Below, piece after piece: positions 48,794 through 59,135 of a DNA stretch of 64,000 bases; positions within the stretch are counted from its first letter, which is position 1; the number at the start of each line of letters is the position of its first letter. A program made the position numbers and the translations under genes. The stretch is taken from positions 448,001 through 512,000 of the forward strand of contig JAWAKK010000001.1 in the NCBI GenBank assembly GCA_038887515.1, in the 5' to 3' direction. The stretch comes from Candidatus Nezhaarchaeales archaeon. GTDB lineage: Archaea > Thermoproteota > Methanomethylicia > Nezhaarchaeales > WYZ-LMO8. The notes beneath the pieces are model-generated. The model was given only the letters and a program-made list of their open reading frames with translations. It had not been told where the DNA came from and made no database searches.

Positions 48794-49006
48794 ATTCTCT
48801 AACACATTTTTATTTCCATCGTAATTGATCTTAAAGCAAGATTCAATTTACAGCTTTCCACGTTTATACATCGGATAAAAACCAGCTAAGTTTACGCTGA
48901 ACCTAATATTAAGTGGCTTTATTGTCCATACCCCCATCGAACTCATTATACAATTTTAAATACCTGCTATTTCAATGGTCTCAGAACTTTGAGGTGTGAA
49001 TGAACG

Positions 49007-50272
49007 TTGTCGGGAATCGTCAATTCGCTGGTCGCGTTGTTCCTATCGTTAGGATTTCTTGGAATAATGTTATTTAAGCGCGCGAAGCTCGGAATATCAC
49101 TCAATGTTACAGCTATTCTTTTAGCGATTCTTTCAATGGATCTACGTGAAGTTCCAAAGGTCTTGTACTCTAGCGTCAATCCGATAACAATTGAAGGCCA
49201 GCTCGCTTTAACAATGGTCTTCACAGCATTTGGAATTATGCTACTTAGCCAATTATACAGAGAAACTGGAACTATGGACGAGTTAAATAGGACCCTTGAG
49301 AGGATAATTAATAACCCAAAGGCAATTTTAAGTATAATCCCCGCCATAATAGGGCTCCTACCAGTTGCCGGTGGGGCTCTGATATCAGCCCCTGTAGTTG
49401 ATGCTGAAGGTAGTAAGCTGAAGCTCTCGAAACCTAGGAAGGTTTACGTAAACATATGGTTTAGACATATAATACTTTTAGCGTATCCGCTGTCGCCCAT
49501 GTTCGTAATCACGATAGCCCTAACAAGAATAACTTCTACGACATTAATCTTAATGGTCCTACCAATTATGGTCTTTATGGCTATCATAGGTTACGTAGTA
49601 AGTTTTAACAATGCGAATATCGAGAAGCTTAACGCATTTAACAATACAGCTGTGGGCAACAAAATTTTAGATTTAAAGAGGTTCTTGAAGTCGTCCTCAC
49701 CGATAATGGTATCGATAGTCGGAGCTATTGGGCTCGGCCTTTTTAATAGCGAGCTCGCCAAACGTGGAATAGACGTCTTAATAGCAACTATTATGGGTTT
49801 AATCACGTTGAGTACTGTATCCAAAATGTCTTCAAAAGAGCTCATAAACTCTCTAAAAAGCCCAATCGTATACGACATAACACTTGCAACTTATGGAGCA
49901 CTCTTATTGAGAAGCGTAATAAACGCTTCAGAGATTCCAGAGATTTTAAATAACCTAATCCCGAGGGGGAATTTAAGCCTCCTCTTAGCGATAGCTATAC
50001 CAATGTTATGCGGCTTCTTTTCGGGTTCAGCTGCAGGTGGCTTCGCTATAAGTATTTCAGTTCTCGGAGGGCTTATGAACATAGCTCCAAAGGATATCGC
50101 ATTGCTTTACATGACGTCATATCTCGGGTACGTAATTTCGCCAGTACATCTCTGCCTAGCGTTTACAATAGATTACTTTAAGGTCTCCATAGGCAAGGCG
50201 TACAAGGAGCTTGTTCCGTCAATCTTTGCGACTCTTATAGCTACAGTCGTTTTTTACGTTCTTTTTCCATGA
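49007..50272 (+). CDS. DUF401 family membrane protein
   Basis: PAIIGLLPVAGGALISAP, NIWFRH, SPVHLCL. Confidence 0.8.
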   Translation: MSGIVNSLVALFLSLGFLGIMLFKRAKLGISLNVTAILLAILSMDLREVPKVLYSSVNPITIEGQLALTMVFTAFGIMLLSQLYRETGTMDELNRTLERIINNPKAILSIIPAIIGLLPVAGGALISAPVVDAEGSKLKLSKPRKVYVNIWFRHIILLAYPLSPMFVITIALTRITSTTLILMVLPIMVFMAIIGYVVSFNNANIEKLNAFNNTAVGNKILDLKRFLKSSSPIMVSIVGAIGLGLFNSELAKRGIDVLIATIMGLITLSTVSKMSSKELINSLKSPIVYDITLATYGALLLRSVINASEIPEILNNLIPRGNLSLLLAIAIPMLCGFFSGSAAGGFAISISVLGGLMNIAPKDIALLYMTSYLGYVISPVHLCLAFTIDYFKVSIGKAYKELVPSIFATLIATVVFYVLFP

Positions 50273-50396
50273 ATTAAAGTACACGATCTAGGTAAACCCA
50301 ATAGATCTAGGGTATTTCATTTCTATAATCGATAAGTCCCGAATTTAAGGAAACTTCTAAAAAGTTAGTTATGGGAAAAAATACTGGTGCAATATT

Positions 50397-51362
50397 ATGA
50401 CCTCCAAATATAAGAGGTTTTTAAAGCGTCTAATCGTAAGCAAGGCTCCTGAAGGACTTTTTCCACCGGAAACAAAAGCCTTTTGGATGGAGTCAAGGGA
50501 CCTTGAAGGCTATCAAGGACACATCGGTATAGCGTATATAGAGAAAGCATGCACTCTACACCCGGTGGATAAGAATAAAACAATTGTCCACCAATATGAC
50601 GAATTGATACTGCTTGTTGGGACTAACCCGGAAGACATGTTAGACTTAGGCGGGGAAGCGACTATAATTATTGGAGAGGAAAGGGAGGAGTACTTGTTTC
50701 AAGAGTCCACGGTAATAGCAATACCTAGAAAAACTCCTCACGGTCCCTTGAAAATCGAAAAACTGGGAAGACCTATGATAAACATAATCTTAAGCAACTC
50801 GCCTAGCTACTCAGCTGACTTCTTAAGCTGTAGCCTACAAACCTCGAAGGGCCTTAAGTACTCTGACCATGTAAAGAGATTATTTACTTCTAAGAGTGCT
50901 TATGAAACTTGGCTTTCTCAAGGCCCAGTAAAAATTGATGAAAGAGGAGTAATGGATCTGAGAAGCGCAAGCCGTCCTGGAGAGTCTTATCAAATAGTTC
51001 AAATGACCCCTGAAGACTTGAAAGGCATAAACATTAGCTTTTCATGGGAGTTCTTTAAGACTACCGGGACTTGGATGTCAACTAGGTACGCCCACGTCCA
51101 CCCCGAACCTGAGTTACTAGCCTTCTTGAGCTTAGATCCGTCAAGGATTGACGACCTCGGAGCTTCAGTAGAGTTCTGGTTTGGATCCGAAAGAGAAGTT
51201 TACGTAATCGATAGACCTACCTTGGTGACGATTCCTAGGCCTTGGATACCTCATACCCCCGTAGTAACTCAAAGAGTAGATAGACCGTTTGCTTTCATGC
51301 TAGTAGTACCCGGAACCTACAGCTTCGCTGGATACGTCGAGACCGGAGATGACGTATACTAA
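50397..51362 (+). CDS. Protein with two tandem cupin-like repeats
   Basis: Repeat H...E...G/L..P....DLG......G.ERE.Y.......IP....H.P occurs twice. Confidence 0.6.
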   Translation: MTSKYKRFLKRLIVSKAPEGLFPPETKAFWMESRDLEGYQGHIGIAYIEKACTLHPVDKNKTIVHQYDELILLVGTNPEDMLDLGGEATIIIGEEREEYLFQESTVIAIPRKTPHGPLKIEKLGRPMINIILSNSPSYSADFLSCSLQTSKGLKYSDHVKRLFTSKSAYETWLSQGPVKIDERGVMDLRSASRPGESYQIVQMTPEDLKGINISFSWEFFKTTGTWMSTRYAHVHPEPELLAFLSLDPSRIDDLGASVEFWFGSEREVYVIDRPTLVTIPRPWIPHTPVVTQRVDRPFAFMLVVPGTYSFAGYVETGDDVY

Positions 51363-51453
51363 AGTTGTATCGTAAGTTGAAGTTGGACCAGGGAGCTGAA
51401 TAGAAAAAGACTAACCATGCAGAGACGGCTGGACTCTATACATACGGGTCTTC

Positions 51454-51933
51454 TTAATCCTTCAATTTACCCGGTAAGTAAAACTCCTTTACAAACTTCC
51501 TAGAGAGCTTGCTTTTACCTAGTAGTATGTAGGCTACTGCAACTAGAAGGGGTGTGTGGACCACTATTAAGAGAGCGAGCGAAAACACTTTAATCCATAG
51601 GTCTATGTAGGAGAGAAGAATTATAATGTTGGCTAGTACACCGCCCCCACTTATAGCTATAAGCATTAATGCTACTGCTAGCTTCTCGCTTACTTCTTTT
51701 TTAAGCAATGAAAGAACGTCAAGCGCTAAAGATATAGCCATGACTGCTGAAAACCATGCAAATAGGGAGGCCACAGCATCTGCCTCCAAGAACTTTATAG
51801 TAGAGTATATGGTGAAGGATAGTAAAAGCGTACATTTAAAGAAGGGGAACCTCAATTTACGCCAGCTAAGATAAGCGACTAAATATCCAAAAGCTATTAC
51901 AATGATAACTACGATAAGCGTCAGCTCCGCCAC
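51454..51933 (-). CDS. Hypothetical membrane protein
   Basis: About five hydrophobic segments. Confidence 0.6.
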   Translation of the reverse strand: MAELTLIVVIIVIAFGYLVAYLSWRKLRFPFFKCTLLLSFTIYSTIKFLEADAVASLFAWFSAVMAISLALDVLSLLKKEVSEKLAVALMLIAISGGGVLANIIILLSYIDLWIKVFSLALLIVVHTPLLVAVAYILLGKSKLSRKFVKEFYLPGKLKD

Positions 51934-52057
51934 AGGTTCAAAAGACTTCTGCGATTCGGATAAATATATTTTCCCTTGACGTATTAAATTAACTAATCAA
52001 GACCCTAAACTTGAAACTTTAAAAGAAAAAGGTCTTTGTAGAAAGATTAGTCGAGTA

Positions 52058-52909
52058 ATGGTTAGAGTTGCAATATTTAGGGGTTCAAACCCAGTTGAGG
52101 TGGTCATCAAAGCTATAGAGTCGATAGAGGGCGACGTAAAGACCTTAATACTTAGTGGGAGGCCCATTCTCATAAAGCCAAACTATATAACTGCTGATCA
52201 CCCATCAACAGGAGTGACGACCGATGCTAGAGTAATAGAGGGAGTAATCAAGTTCCTTAAAGAGAGGGGGGTAAATGACATAGTTATAGGTGAAGGCAGC
52301 GGGTTCGTAGACACTTTTGAAGCATTCAGAGTTGCAGGTGTAGATAAGTTAGCTGAGAAGTGGAATGTTAAACTGGCTGATCTTAACAAAGACGAGTTCA
52401 TAGAAGTATACCCTCCAAATCCCTTCGCCTTAAAGAAAGTTAAGGTAGCTAGGACAGCTCTAGAGAGAGCTATAATTAGCGTTCCTAAGTTGAAGGTTCA
52501 TAGACTTGCCACAGTCACTTTAGGCTTAAAGAACATGATGGGGGTTTTGGAGTCGAAGGGAAGTATGCACAATGGTAGGCTCCACGAGAATATAGCCGAC
52601 TTAGTGTCAGTCTTAAAACCAAGCCTAACAGTCATAGATGGAATAATAGCTGGAGAAGTTCATGAAATGAGTAGAAGCCCTGTAGAAATGAATGTAATAG
52701 TAGCCAGCACAGATCCAGTAGCTGCAGACGCAGTGGGATCCATGATAATGGGTATCGATCCAAGGGAAGTCAAGCACCTCGTATTGGCCGAGAAGAAGGG
52801 TCTCGGAACACTTCGCTTAGAAGAAATAGAGATTGTGGGAGAGCCGATAGAGAAAGTTGCGAGAAAGTTTCGTAGATCTCTACTGTCAAAGTTCCTGTCA
52901 TTGTTTTAA
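52058..52909 (+). CDS. DUF362 family protein
   Basis: ILIKPN, GVTTD, VPKLKVH...TLGLKN.MG, DPVAAD. Confidence 0.85.
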   Translation: MVRVAIFRGSNPVEVVIKAIESIEGDVKTLILSGRPILIKPNYITADHPSTGVTTDARVIEGVIKFLKERGVNDIVIGEGSGFVDTFEAFRVAGVDKLAEKWNVKLADLNKDEFIEVYPPNPFALKKVKVARTALERAIISVPKLKVHRLATVTLGLKNMMGVLESKGSMHNGRLHENIADLVSVLKPSLTVIDGIIAGEVHEMSRSPVEMNVIVASTDPVAADAVGSMIMGIDPREVKHLVLAEKKGLGTLRLEEIEIVGEPIEKVARKFRRSLLSKFLSLF

Positions 52910-53519
52910 GATCGTATTAATTCAACTTTAAAACCTTCAAAGGACGCTTAGGACGCAAAAAGAGGAGTTTTTGACGTCAATCATGAAGACGCTAATTCCT
53001 CAAATAGGTGGATTGATCAAAAGCTGTGCATTATAGCTATAGTTCGGCTTAGAATTGATGATCTATGCTGGGATAACTACTGATACCATGGCAGGACAAT
53101 ATTAACTACTTTACTAACTTTATGAAGACCATTTACTTGCTAGTCGGCAATTGTAGATAAGCACCGATTAAACGACTTTCACCGAGAGGGTGTGTTGGAT
53201 ATAAGGACTAGATATATTACTTTGTAGTGCTCAAGGCATGTCTTTTTGTTTTATAGTATTAACTTTAGCACTAATTATAATTATCGTAACAATCTTAATT
53301 CTACCCGTAGAACAACGACTAGATGGCGTACAATACATTAAGAGTTTTAATGGTGTTCAATAAAGTTGCTTCACTAAGCCCTTAGTACTTACCTCTACTT
53401 TCCCTGAAGGGGCAACTCGTTGCTAAATAAGCAATCCCAACCCAACATGGATTCATGCAAGAAGAGAATCGAATCAACTTAAATACATTCTAGCCTATAA
53501 ATTCCACTTGTGGCATAGA

Positions 53520-53789
53520 ATGTCTGAGGGAGAATTAAAGGAAGTTGGCATAGTAACTCATTATTACACGAAGATAGGTGTAGCAGTAATTAGTTTAACA
53601 GATACGTTGTCTGTTGGAGATAGGATCCTCATAAAGGGACCAACTACAAACTTTGAGCAGAATGTTGAGTCCATGCAAATAGAACGCAAAAACGTTATCG
53701 CCGCTTATGGCGGGCAAAGCATCGGCTTAAAGGTTATTCAGAAGGTTAGAGAAGGAGACAAAGTTTACAAAATTATCCAGAAGAAGTAA
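53520..53789 (+). CDS. Small beta-barrel protein (EF-Tu domain II/U32 C-terminal-like)
   Basis: VG.VTHYYTKIGVA..L...L.VGD.I.IKG.TT.FEQ.VESMQI. Confidence 0.7.
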   Translation: MSEGELKEVGIVTHYYTKIGVAVISLTDTLSVGDRILIKGPTTNFEQNVESMQIERKNVIAAYGGQSIGLKVIQKVREGDKVYKIIQKK

Positions 53790-54110
53790 ATGAATCATAA
53801 TCTCTTTTTTACGTTCTAAACTACGAAATCTTAAGGTAGCTTTAAGCTCCTTTCCACGAAGTACTTCATAAATTGCAGTTAGTGGCGGTAGTAAATTTTA
53901 TTTCGAAACGAGGGCACCTACATCGATTTTTCCTCAATATAAGCTATATAAACTGTGATTAACATCAACAAGTTTAAGGGATTGCTCTTCTAGCGCTTCT
54001 TCGTATCTTAGCTAAAGAAAATTGATGGTTATCTTTGTTATCTCTATCTTAATATTTAAGCTGAACCTCTTAAGGAACATAACTTTTCAATGACTCCTTT
54101 TAAGTGGCTT

Positions 54111-55340
54111 TTATTGACGAGAGAGAAGTAAGTCTAGCCTCCTCTTAACCGACTCTATGAACTGCTCAGTCGTCAGAACTGCTTTTACTGGTCCTTCGCA
54201 CACATTAGCTATATCTTGAGTAACCATTCCGTCCTCTATTGTAGTCTTTGTTGCCACCTCAAGCATATCCGCGAATTTGACGAGGTCGTCGAGCTTATCC
54301 TTCTGGCCCCTCATCTTCAAAGCTCTAGACCACGCATATATTATCGCTGTAGGGTTTGTGGAAGTCTTCTCACCCTTGAGGTATCGATAGTAGTGTCGCT
54401 GAACAGTTCCATGGGCTGCCTCCGACATGTAATATCCTTCAGGGGACATGAGCTCAGAGGTCATCATGGCGAGACTCCCCGAAAAAGCTGACGCGACCAT
54501 GTCAGAGAGCACGTCTCCATCGTAGTTCTTAGCTGCCCACACGAAGCCTCCTTCAGACCTAACAGCCCTAGAGTAGGCATCGTCTATTAAGTAGTACTCA
54601 TACTTTAACCCCTTTTTCTCAAAGTCTTCCTTGAATTCCTTATCGTAGACCTCGTTAAATATTTCTTTGAACCTAGTATCGTAGACTTTTGATATTGTTT
54701 CTTTAGTAGCGAACCAAACATTTAGGTTATTGATTAAGGCGTACTTGAAAACTGACTTAGCGAAGGACTCTATCGACTTATCTAGGTTATAGTATGCTTG
54801 CAAAACCCCGGAGCCTGCAAGTTTAGGTAATTTAACTCTCGTCTCCTTGCCAGATACAGATATAAACACTACTTCAGCCTCGCCAGGCTCTCCAAATCTT
54901 AACCCGACACCCGAGTATATATCGCCAAAAGCGTGACGTGCAACAACTATAGGTTTCTTCCAGAACCTAACTGCTGGCGCAATATTTTTGACCATTATTG
55001 GAGCTCTAAATATGGTTCCGTCCAGCATCTCTCTTATCGTGGCATTAGGGCTCTTCCACTCCTTCTTCAAGTTGTACTCCTTAACTCTTTCTGCGTTTGG
55101 CGTAATTGTAGCACACTTGACGCCGACCCCCCATCTCTTGATCGCCTCGGCTGCTCTTATAGTGATTTCATCGTTAGTTTCATCTCTAACCTTCACGTGT
55201 AGGTCGTAATATTCAACTTTAAGCTCGATGTAGGGTTCAATTAGCTTCTCCTTGACCCAATGCCACAAAACCCTAGCCATTTCGTCTCCGTCTATTTCCA
55301 CTATGGGGTTTACCATCAGTATCCTTTCCATACCGGACAC
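54111..55340 (-). CDS. icd: NADP-dependent isocitrate dehydrogenase, subfamily II (eukaryote/Thermotoga type)
   Basis: PIVEIDGDEM, VKCATITP, WKSPNATIR, RHAFGD.Y, KNYDGDV.SD, EAAHGTVQRHY. Confidence 0.9.
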   Translation of the reverse strand: MSGMERILMVNPIVEIDGDEMARVLWHWVKEKLIEPYIELKVEYYDLHVKVRDETNDEITIRAAEAIKRWGVGVKCATITPNAERVKEYNLKKEWKSPNATIREMLDGTIFRAPIMVKNIAPAVRFWKKPIVVARHAFGDIYSGVGLRFGEPGEAEVVFISVSGKETRVKLPKLAGSGVLQAYYNLDKSIESFAKSVFKYALINNLNVWFATKETISKVYDTRFKEIFNEVYDKEFKEDFEKKGLKYEYYLIDDAYSRAVRSEGGFVWAAKNYDGDVLSDMVASAFSGSLAMMTSELMSPEGYYMSEAAHGTVQRHYYRYLKGEKTSTNPTAIIYAWSRALKMRGQKDKLDDLVKFADMLEVATKTTIEDGMVTQDIANVCEGPVKAVLTTEQFIESVKRRLDLLLSRQ

Positions 55341-55592
55341 GCAACTAGAAGGTTGACGAGAACGAAGATATAAAGTTGATCACCTCCTCAAACCTCAACT
55401 AGAGAAGGCTTAGCGAGGTTCCTCATATTATACGCAAACGGTATGATATGAGGCATTTAAATCGCATTAAGCATAGATGGTTTTACAACGCCATTGACTT
55501 TAAATTCCTAAGCATTCTAGTTAAGATGTTTTACTACGAGAGAGGGACGAGAAATCCTTAAACCTTAGTCTAAATGTTTGTGATCGGTCAAG

Positions 55593-56735
55593 ATGATCTC
55601 ATATAACTGGCGACTTAACATTGCAACTATGTTATTCTTCACGTTCGTTCAAGTGGTGGTTCCGCTTATACCAAGATACGCGGTATCCATAGGTATGCAG
55701 CCATTCATTATAGGTGTAGCGACGTCAAGCGTCTCTATTTCTGCCATATTGTCTAGGCCTATCGGAGGAATTTTGAGCGATAGGGGGTCTAGGAGGAATC
55801 TTATGGTCGCCGGGGTCGCATTAGTCTCTACATCCTATGTATTACTTTCACTTTCAAGAGACGTGAGCACGATAGTAGCTTCAAGAATCCTCGAAGGGGT
55901 AGCGGTAGCGTTGTTCGTTCCCTCGTCTATCGCCAGCGCAATAGACTACGCTCCTGAAGGAAGGGTAGGCGAGGCTCTAGGCTGGAGAAGCCTAACTATA
56001 GGGGTAGGCTTCTCGCTTGGACCTGCCCTAGGAGGATTTATGTCAGAGGTTTTTGGCTACAACGATACCTTTATGCTTGCAGCAGTTCTCGTGCTTATTA
56101 CGATCCCCCTTGTGGCGTCATGCAAGGAAAAGGTCCGCATACACAATACGAAGACTACTAGGATGTATTTAATTGAGTTAAGAAGACCTCACTTCATACT
56201 CGCTCTCACGAGTTTAATAATTTATTCGTTGGCGTGGACTGGGCTCCTTACATTTTTATCTGCATACCTAAAGATTCAAGGTTTTGGAGATATAGAAATA
56301 GGGCTCTTCATGGCCATTCAGGCCGCGGTTAGCCTAGTATTTAGGGTCTTTGCTGGAAGGTTCTCTGACGTGAAACCTTATTTAGCAACTACTATAGGGC
56401 TCTTCGTGATATCGGCATCTTTCTCCGCCATATACTTCTTTGAGGAACCTCCACTACTCTACATAGCATCGCTCGTGTATGGCCTAGGTGTAGGCATATA
56501 TGTTCCGGCATCTCAAACGCTTGCCTTAGCAAAAGCATCAGCAGAAAGTAGAGGTCTTCTTTCAAGCATATATACTATGGGCTTGGATCTAGGAAATTTA
56601 AGTGGTCCTACGTTTTTCGGGTTTCTTATCGAGAGCTTCAAGAGCTTCAACATAGTTTTCTTGGTGGCCCCATTCTTACCATTCATGTCAGCCTTAACGT
56701 TACTACTACACGCAATTAAGAATGAGTTGCGATGA
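55593..56735 (+). CDS. MFS transporter
   Basis: RPIGG.LSDR.SRR motif A, about 12 TM segments. Confidence 0.9.
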   Translation: MISYNWRLNIATMLFFTFVQVVVPLIPRYAVSIGMQPFIIGVATSSVSISAILSRPIGGILSDRGSRRNLMVAGVALVSTSYVLLSLSRDVSTIVASRILEGVAVALFVPSSIASAIDYAPEGRVGEALGWRSLTIGVGFSLGPALGGFMSEVFGYNDTFMLAAVLVLITIPLVASCKEKVRIHNTKTTRMYLIELRRPHFILALTSLIIYSLAWTGLLTFLSAYLKIQGFGDIEIGLFMAIQAAVSLVFRVFAGRFSDVKPYLATTIGLFVISASFSAIYFFEEPPLLYIASLVYGLGVGIYVPASQTLALAKASAESRGLLSSIYTMGLDLGNLSGPTFFGFLIESFKSFNIVFLVAPFLPFMSALTLLLHAIKNELR

Positions 56736-56847
56736 AGCCTTGAATGACTAAGCCACTTAAAAAGTATTAAAAACAAGCTCTTTACAATAGACTTCAACAG
56801 TAAAGAAAGGTTCTTAAAGCAGTTGAATCGATGTATTGGCGTAGCAC

Positions 56848-56913
56848 CTACTTAGACTTAGGAGCTTTTTCTTCCTTCTTCTCTCCTTTCTTCTCCTTCT
56901 TAGCCTTGCACAT
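56848..56913 (-). CDS. Candidate 21-aa Lys/Glu-rich micropeptide
   Basis: MCKAKKEKKGEKKEEKAPKSK*, SD-like AGGCGGT and TTTATA upstream. Confidence 0.5.
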   Translation of the reverse strand: MCKAKKEKKGEKKEEKAPKSK

Positions 56914-57163
56914 ACAGACCGCCTAAGAAGATTTTGATAGCGCTAGGAAATATAAAATTAGCTAAGTGAAGGCGACAATCGTGTGCTCTAAGCTTAAAAT
57001 TTAAGCGATAAGGAGGGGTGAGGGGTTCACTTTAACGTGTAAGCTACATAAGTTAGATGCATAATTTTCATGTAGGCCTTGCAAGTAGTTGCGTTGCTTT
57101 CTTAACTCATGTATTTTGTCAAGAAGAATAAACTATCTACTTCCTATGAACTCAGCAGGTTTG

Positions 57164-57994
57164 CTATGCTCTGAAGTAATTGAAAGCCTCACTTAGGCTT
57201 GATACCTCCACGACGTTTATACTATAACCTTGTGACCTTAGGTACTCTTCAACGTTAACCATTTGAGGTCTATAGTACCTTAGCGTTAATGGGCCAACCC
57301 TCCTCTCGGTAACCACATATATAGTATCTTCGCTTTGGCCCGGAGGAACGAGGAATATTTTTGCTCCCGCTTTAGCTGCGGCTTCAGCCTTGTATAATAT
57401 CCCGCCAACCTGTCCTATAGCCCCGTTCTCATCTATTGTCCCCGTTAATACAACGTCGCCCCTTATAGGAACCCCAAGTAGGAGGGATGATGCTAGGACC
57501 GCTACTGCAGCCCCAGCAGATGGGCCGTCAACGATGTATATGCTTTCGTTGCTTACCACTCTTAGCATTAAGTCTAGGTCAGAAGCGTTTACACCAGTAA
57601 ACTTTTGAGCTGCCCTAAAGGCTGTTTCCGCAGCTTCTTGAAGCTCTATGCCTATCTTAGGAGATGTCGAGACGTAAACTTGACCCTCGCCCTCTATTAG
57701 AGCCCCTTGGAGGGTCATAACCACACCTCTATATTCTCCTCCGACTACTCCAACTATACGAATTGATGTTACATTGTGTAAATAAATTAGCCCGGTACCG
57801 CCAACCCCCTTGCCGCCAGTAACACTCTCACCGCTTTCAACTCCCGTAGAAACGCTACTTGTAGGCAGTTTAAGCTCGTAAAGCAACATGTAGGAAAGAA
57901 CGCCGTTAAGCGCTAGGCTAGCAATTAGTATACATACCAATACGTAAACCTTGGTGGAGGCCTTTTTATTGCTTAAGACATCGACGGTAACCAT
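57164..57994 (-). CDS. Membrane-anchored Lon-like (S16) serine protease domain without ATPase
   Basis: N-terminal TM, VDGPSAGAA, TGTI...G.IGQVGGI.YKAEAA Ser-Lys dyad. Confidence 0.85.
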   Translation of the reverse strand: MVTVDVLSNKKASTKVYVLVCILIASLALNGVLSYMLLYELKLPTSSVSTGVESGESVTGGKGVGGTGLIYLHNVTSIRIVGVVGGEYRGVVMTLQGALIEGEGQVYVSTSPKIGIELQEAAETAFRAAQKFTGVNASDLDLMLRVVSNESIYIVDGPSAGAAVAVLASSLLLGVPIRGDVVLTGTIDENGAIGQVGGILYKAEAAAKAGAKIFLVPPGQSEDTIYVVTERRVGPLTLRYYRPQMVNVEEYLRSQGYSINVVEVSSLSEAFNYFRA

Positions 57995-58311
57995 TAAGAT
58001 ACCCTCTAAGGCGGAGAGGGAGAAGAGGTATTATAAACTTTGTTCTCCTGAGAGGTATTCGCTCTAGGTATCAATTAAAAAAATTCTTAAAGTAGACGGG
58101 GTGAAGAACTTATTGAGCTTGCTCCTCGTAAAGCTATACCGTGAGCTCTTAGTTCAGCAACGGCTATTCAACAAGACTAGTTTACCGTTAACGTAATTGA
58201 ACACCGCGTTTTTGGCTTAAAGCTCATATGTTTTAGCCCCATAAATTGGCCTTACTTAGCCAGAGAGCTTATAAGCTTCTATGGTCTAATCAATTATCGA
58301 GGTTATGAAAG

Positions 58312-58608
58312 ATGTCCCTTCCACCTGAAGTCTCTTGGGTCGTACCTATAATTGCTCCATTCATCATAGGTCTATTAGTGGGGATAGTCATGAAGAAGGC
58401 TTTTAAGCTTGCCTTGGCTCTGTTAGCGTTAATAATAGTACTAGGAGTTTTTGGATACATAACCCTTCCAAGCATAAAAGACGTTATCGAGACTTCCATG
58501 GCCGTACTACCAAAGTTTCAAGAAAAACTTGGACCCCTAATCAATTTGCTGCCATATTCATCAATTATGTTCATAGCAGGATTAATAATAGGGCTGTGGA
58601 AAGGTTGA
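58312..58608 (+). CDS. Small membrane protein, FUN14-like
   Basis: FIIGLLVG...KKAFKL...; C-terminal LP.S..FIAGL.IGL.KG. Confidence 0.55.
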   Translation: MSLPPEVSWVVPIIAPFIIGLLVGIVMKKAFKLALALLALIIVLGVFGYITLPSIKDVIETSMAVLPKFQEKLGPLINLLPYSSIMFIAGLIIGLWKG

Positions 58609-58674
58609 AGCGCGTCTGATAAACCTAGAAGAATCTTTCATTCTCCGTCTTTGTCTACCTACGACTATGATATC

Positions 58675-58700
58675 TTGTAGTTTTTACGTAAAAACTACAA
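58675..58700. repeat. Perfect 26-bp palindrome
   Basis: TTGTAGTTTTTACGTAAAAACTACAA. Confidence 0.8.
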
Positions 58701-59135
58701 TTCTACACTCCTTTTGTAACAATAAAATTCAATTTCATAGTACGCAATATTTTCTCTCGCATTCTCCATCACCTCTTTTATTTGGTTGTTTAAACTTTTC
58801 CTACAGTTATCTACTTGGTTTCTACAGTTCAACCTAGGTTTGCCGTGAGAAGCCTTTACTCCTGATTCATCGAACAGAAGATCATAATAGTATTAATAAT
58901 AATATCTTAACTCTTACCTAAAGCCTTATTAAGGTCCTCAAGAGAGGCATTGACACTTCTTAAAGCTACTCTAAAGCCCCTTCCAGTATTACGAGCAGCA
59001 AAACCTTCAGTTATAGGTATTACGATAAAAATGGGACTTGAAACTTTAACCGCTGTTAGCCCTATTTTTTCCATTCAACTTTTTAACATACATTTTTATT
59101 AGTGCTAACCCCTTGAAAGGTCAAGGGGATGTCAC

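Noticed and set aside
52910-53500. 600-bp AT-rich gap, possible decayed gene
   Set aside because: No sustained frame, repeat or structure recognised.
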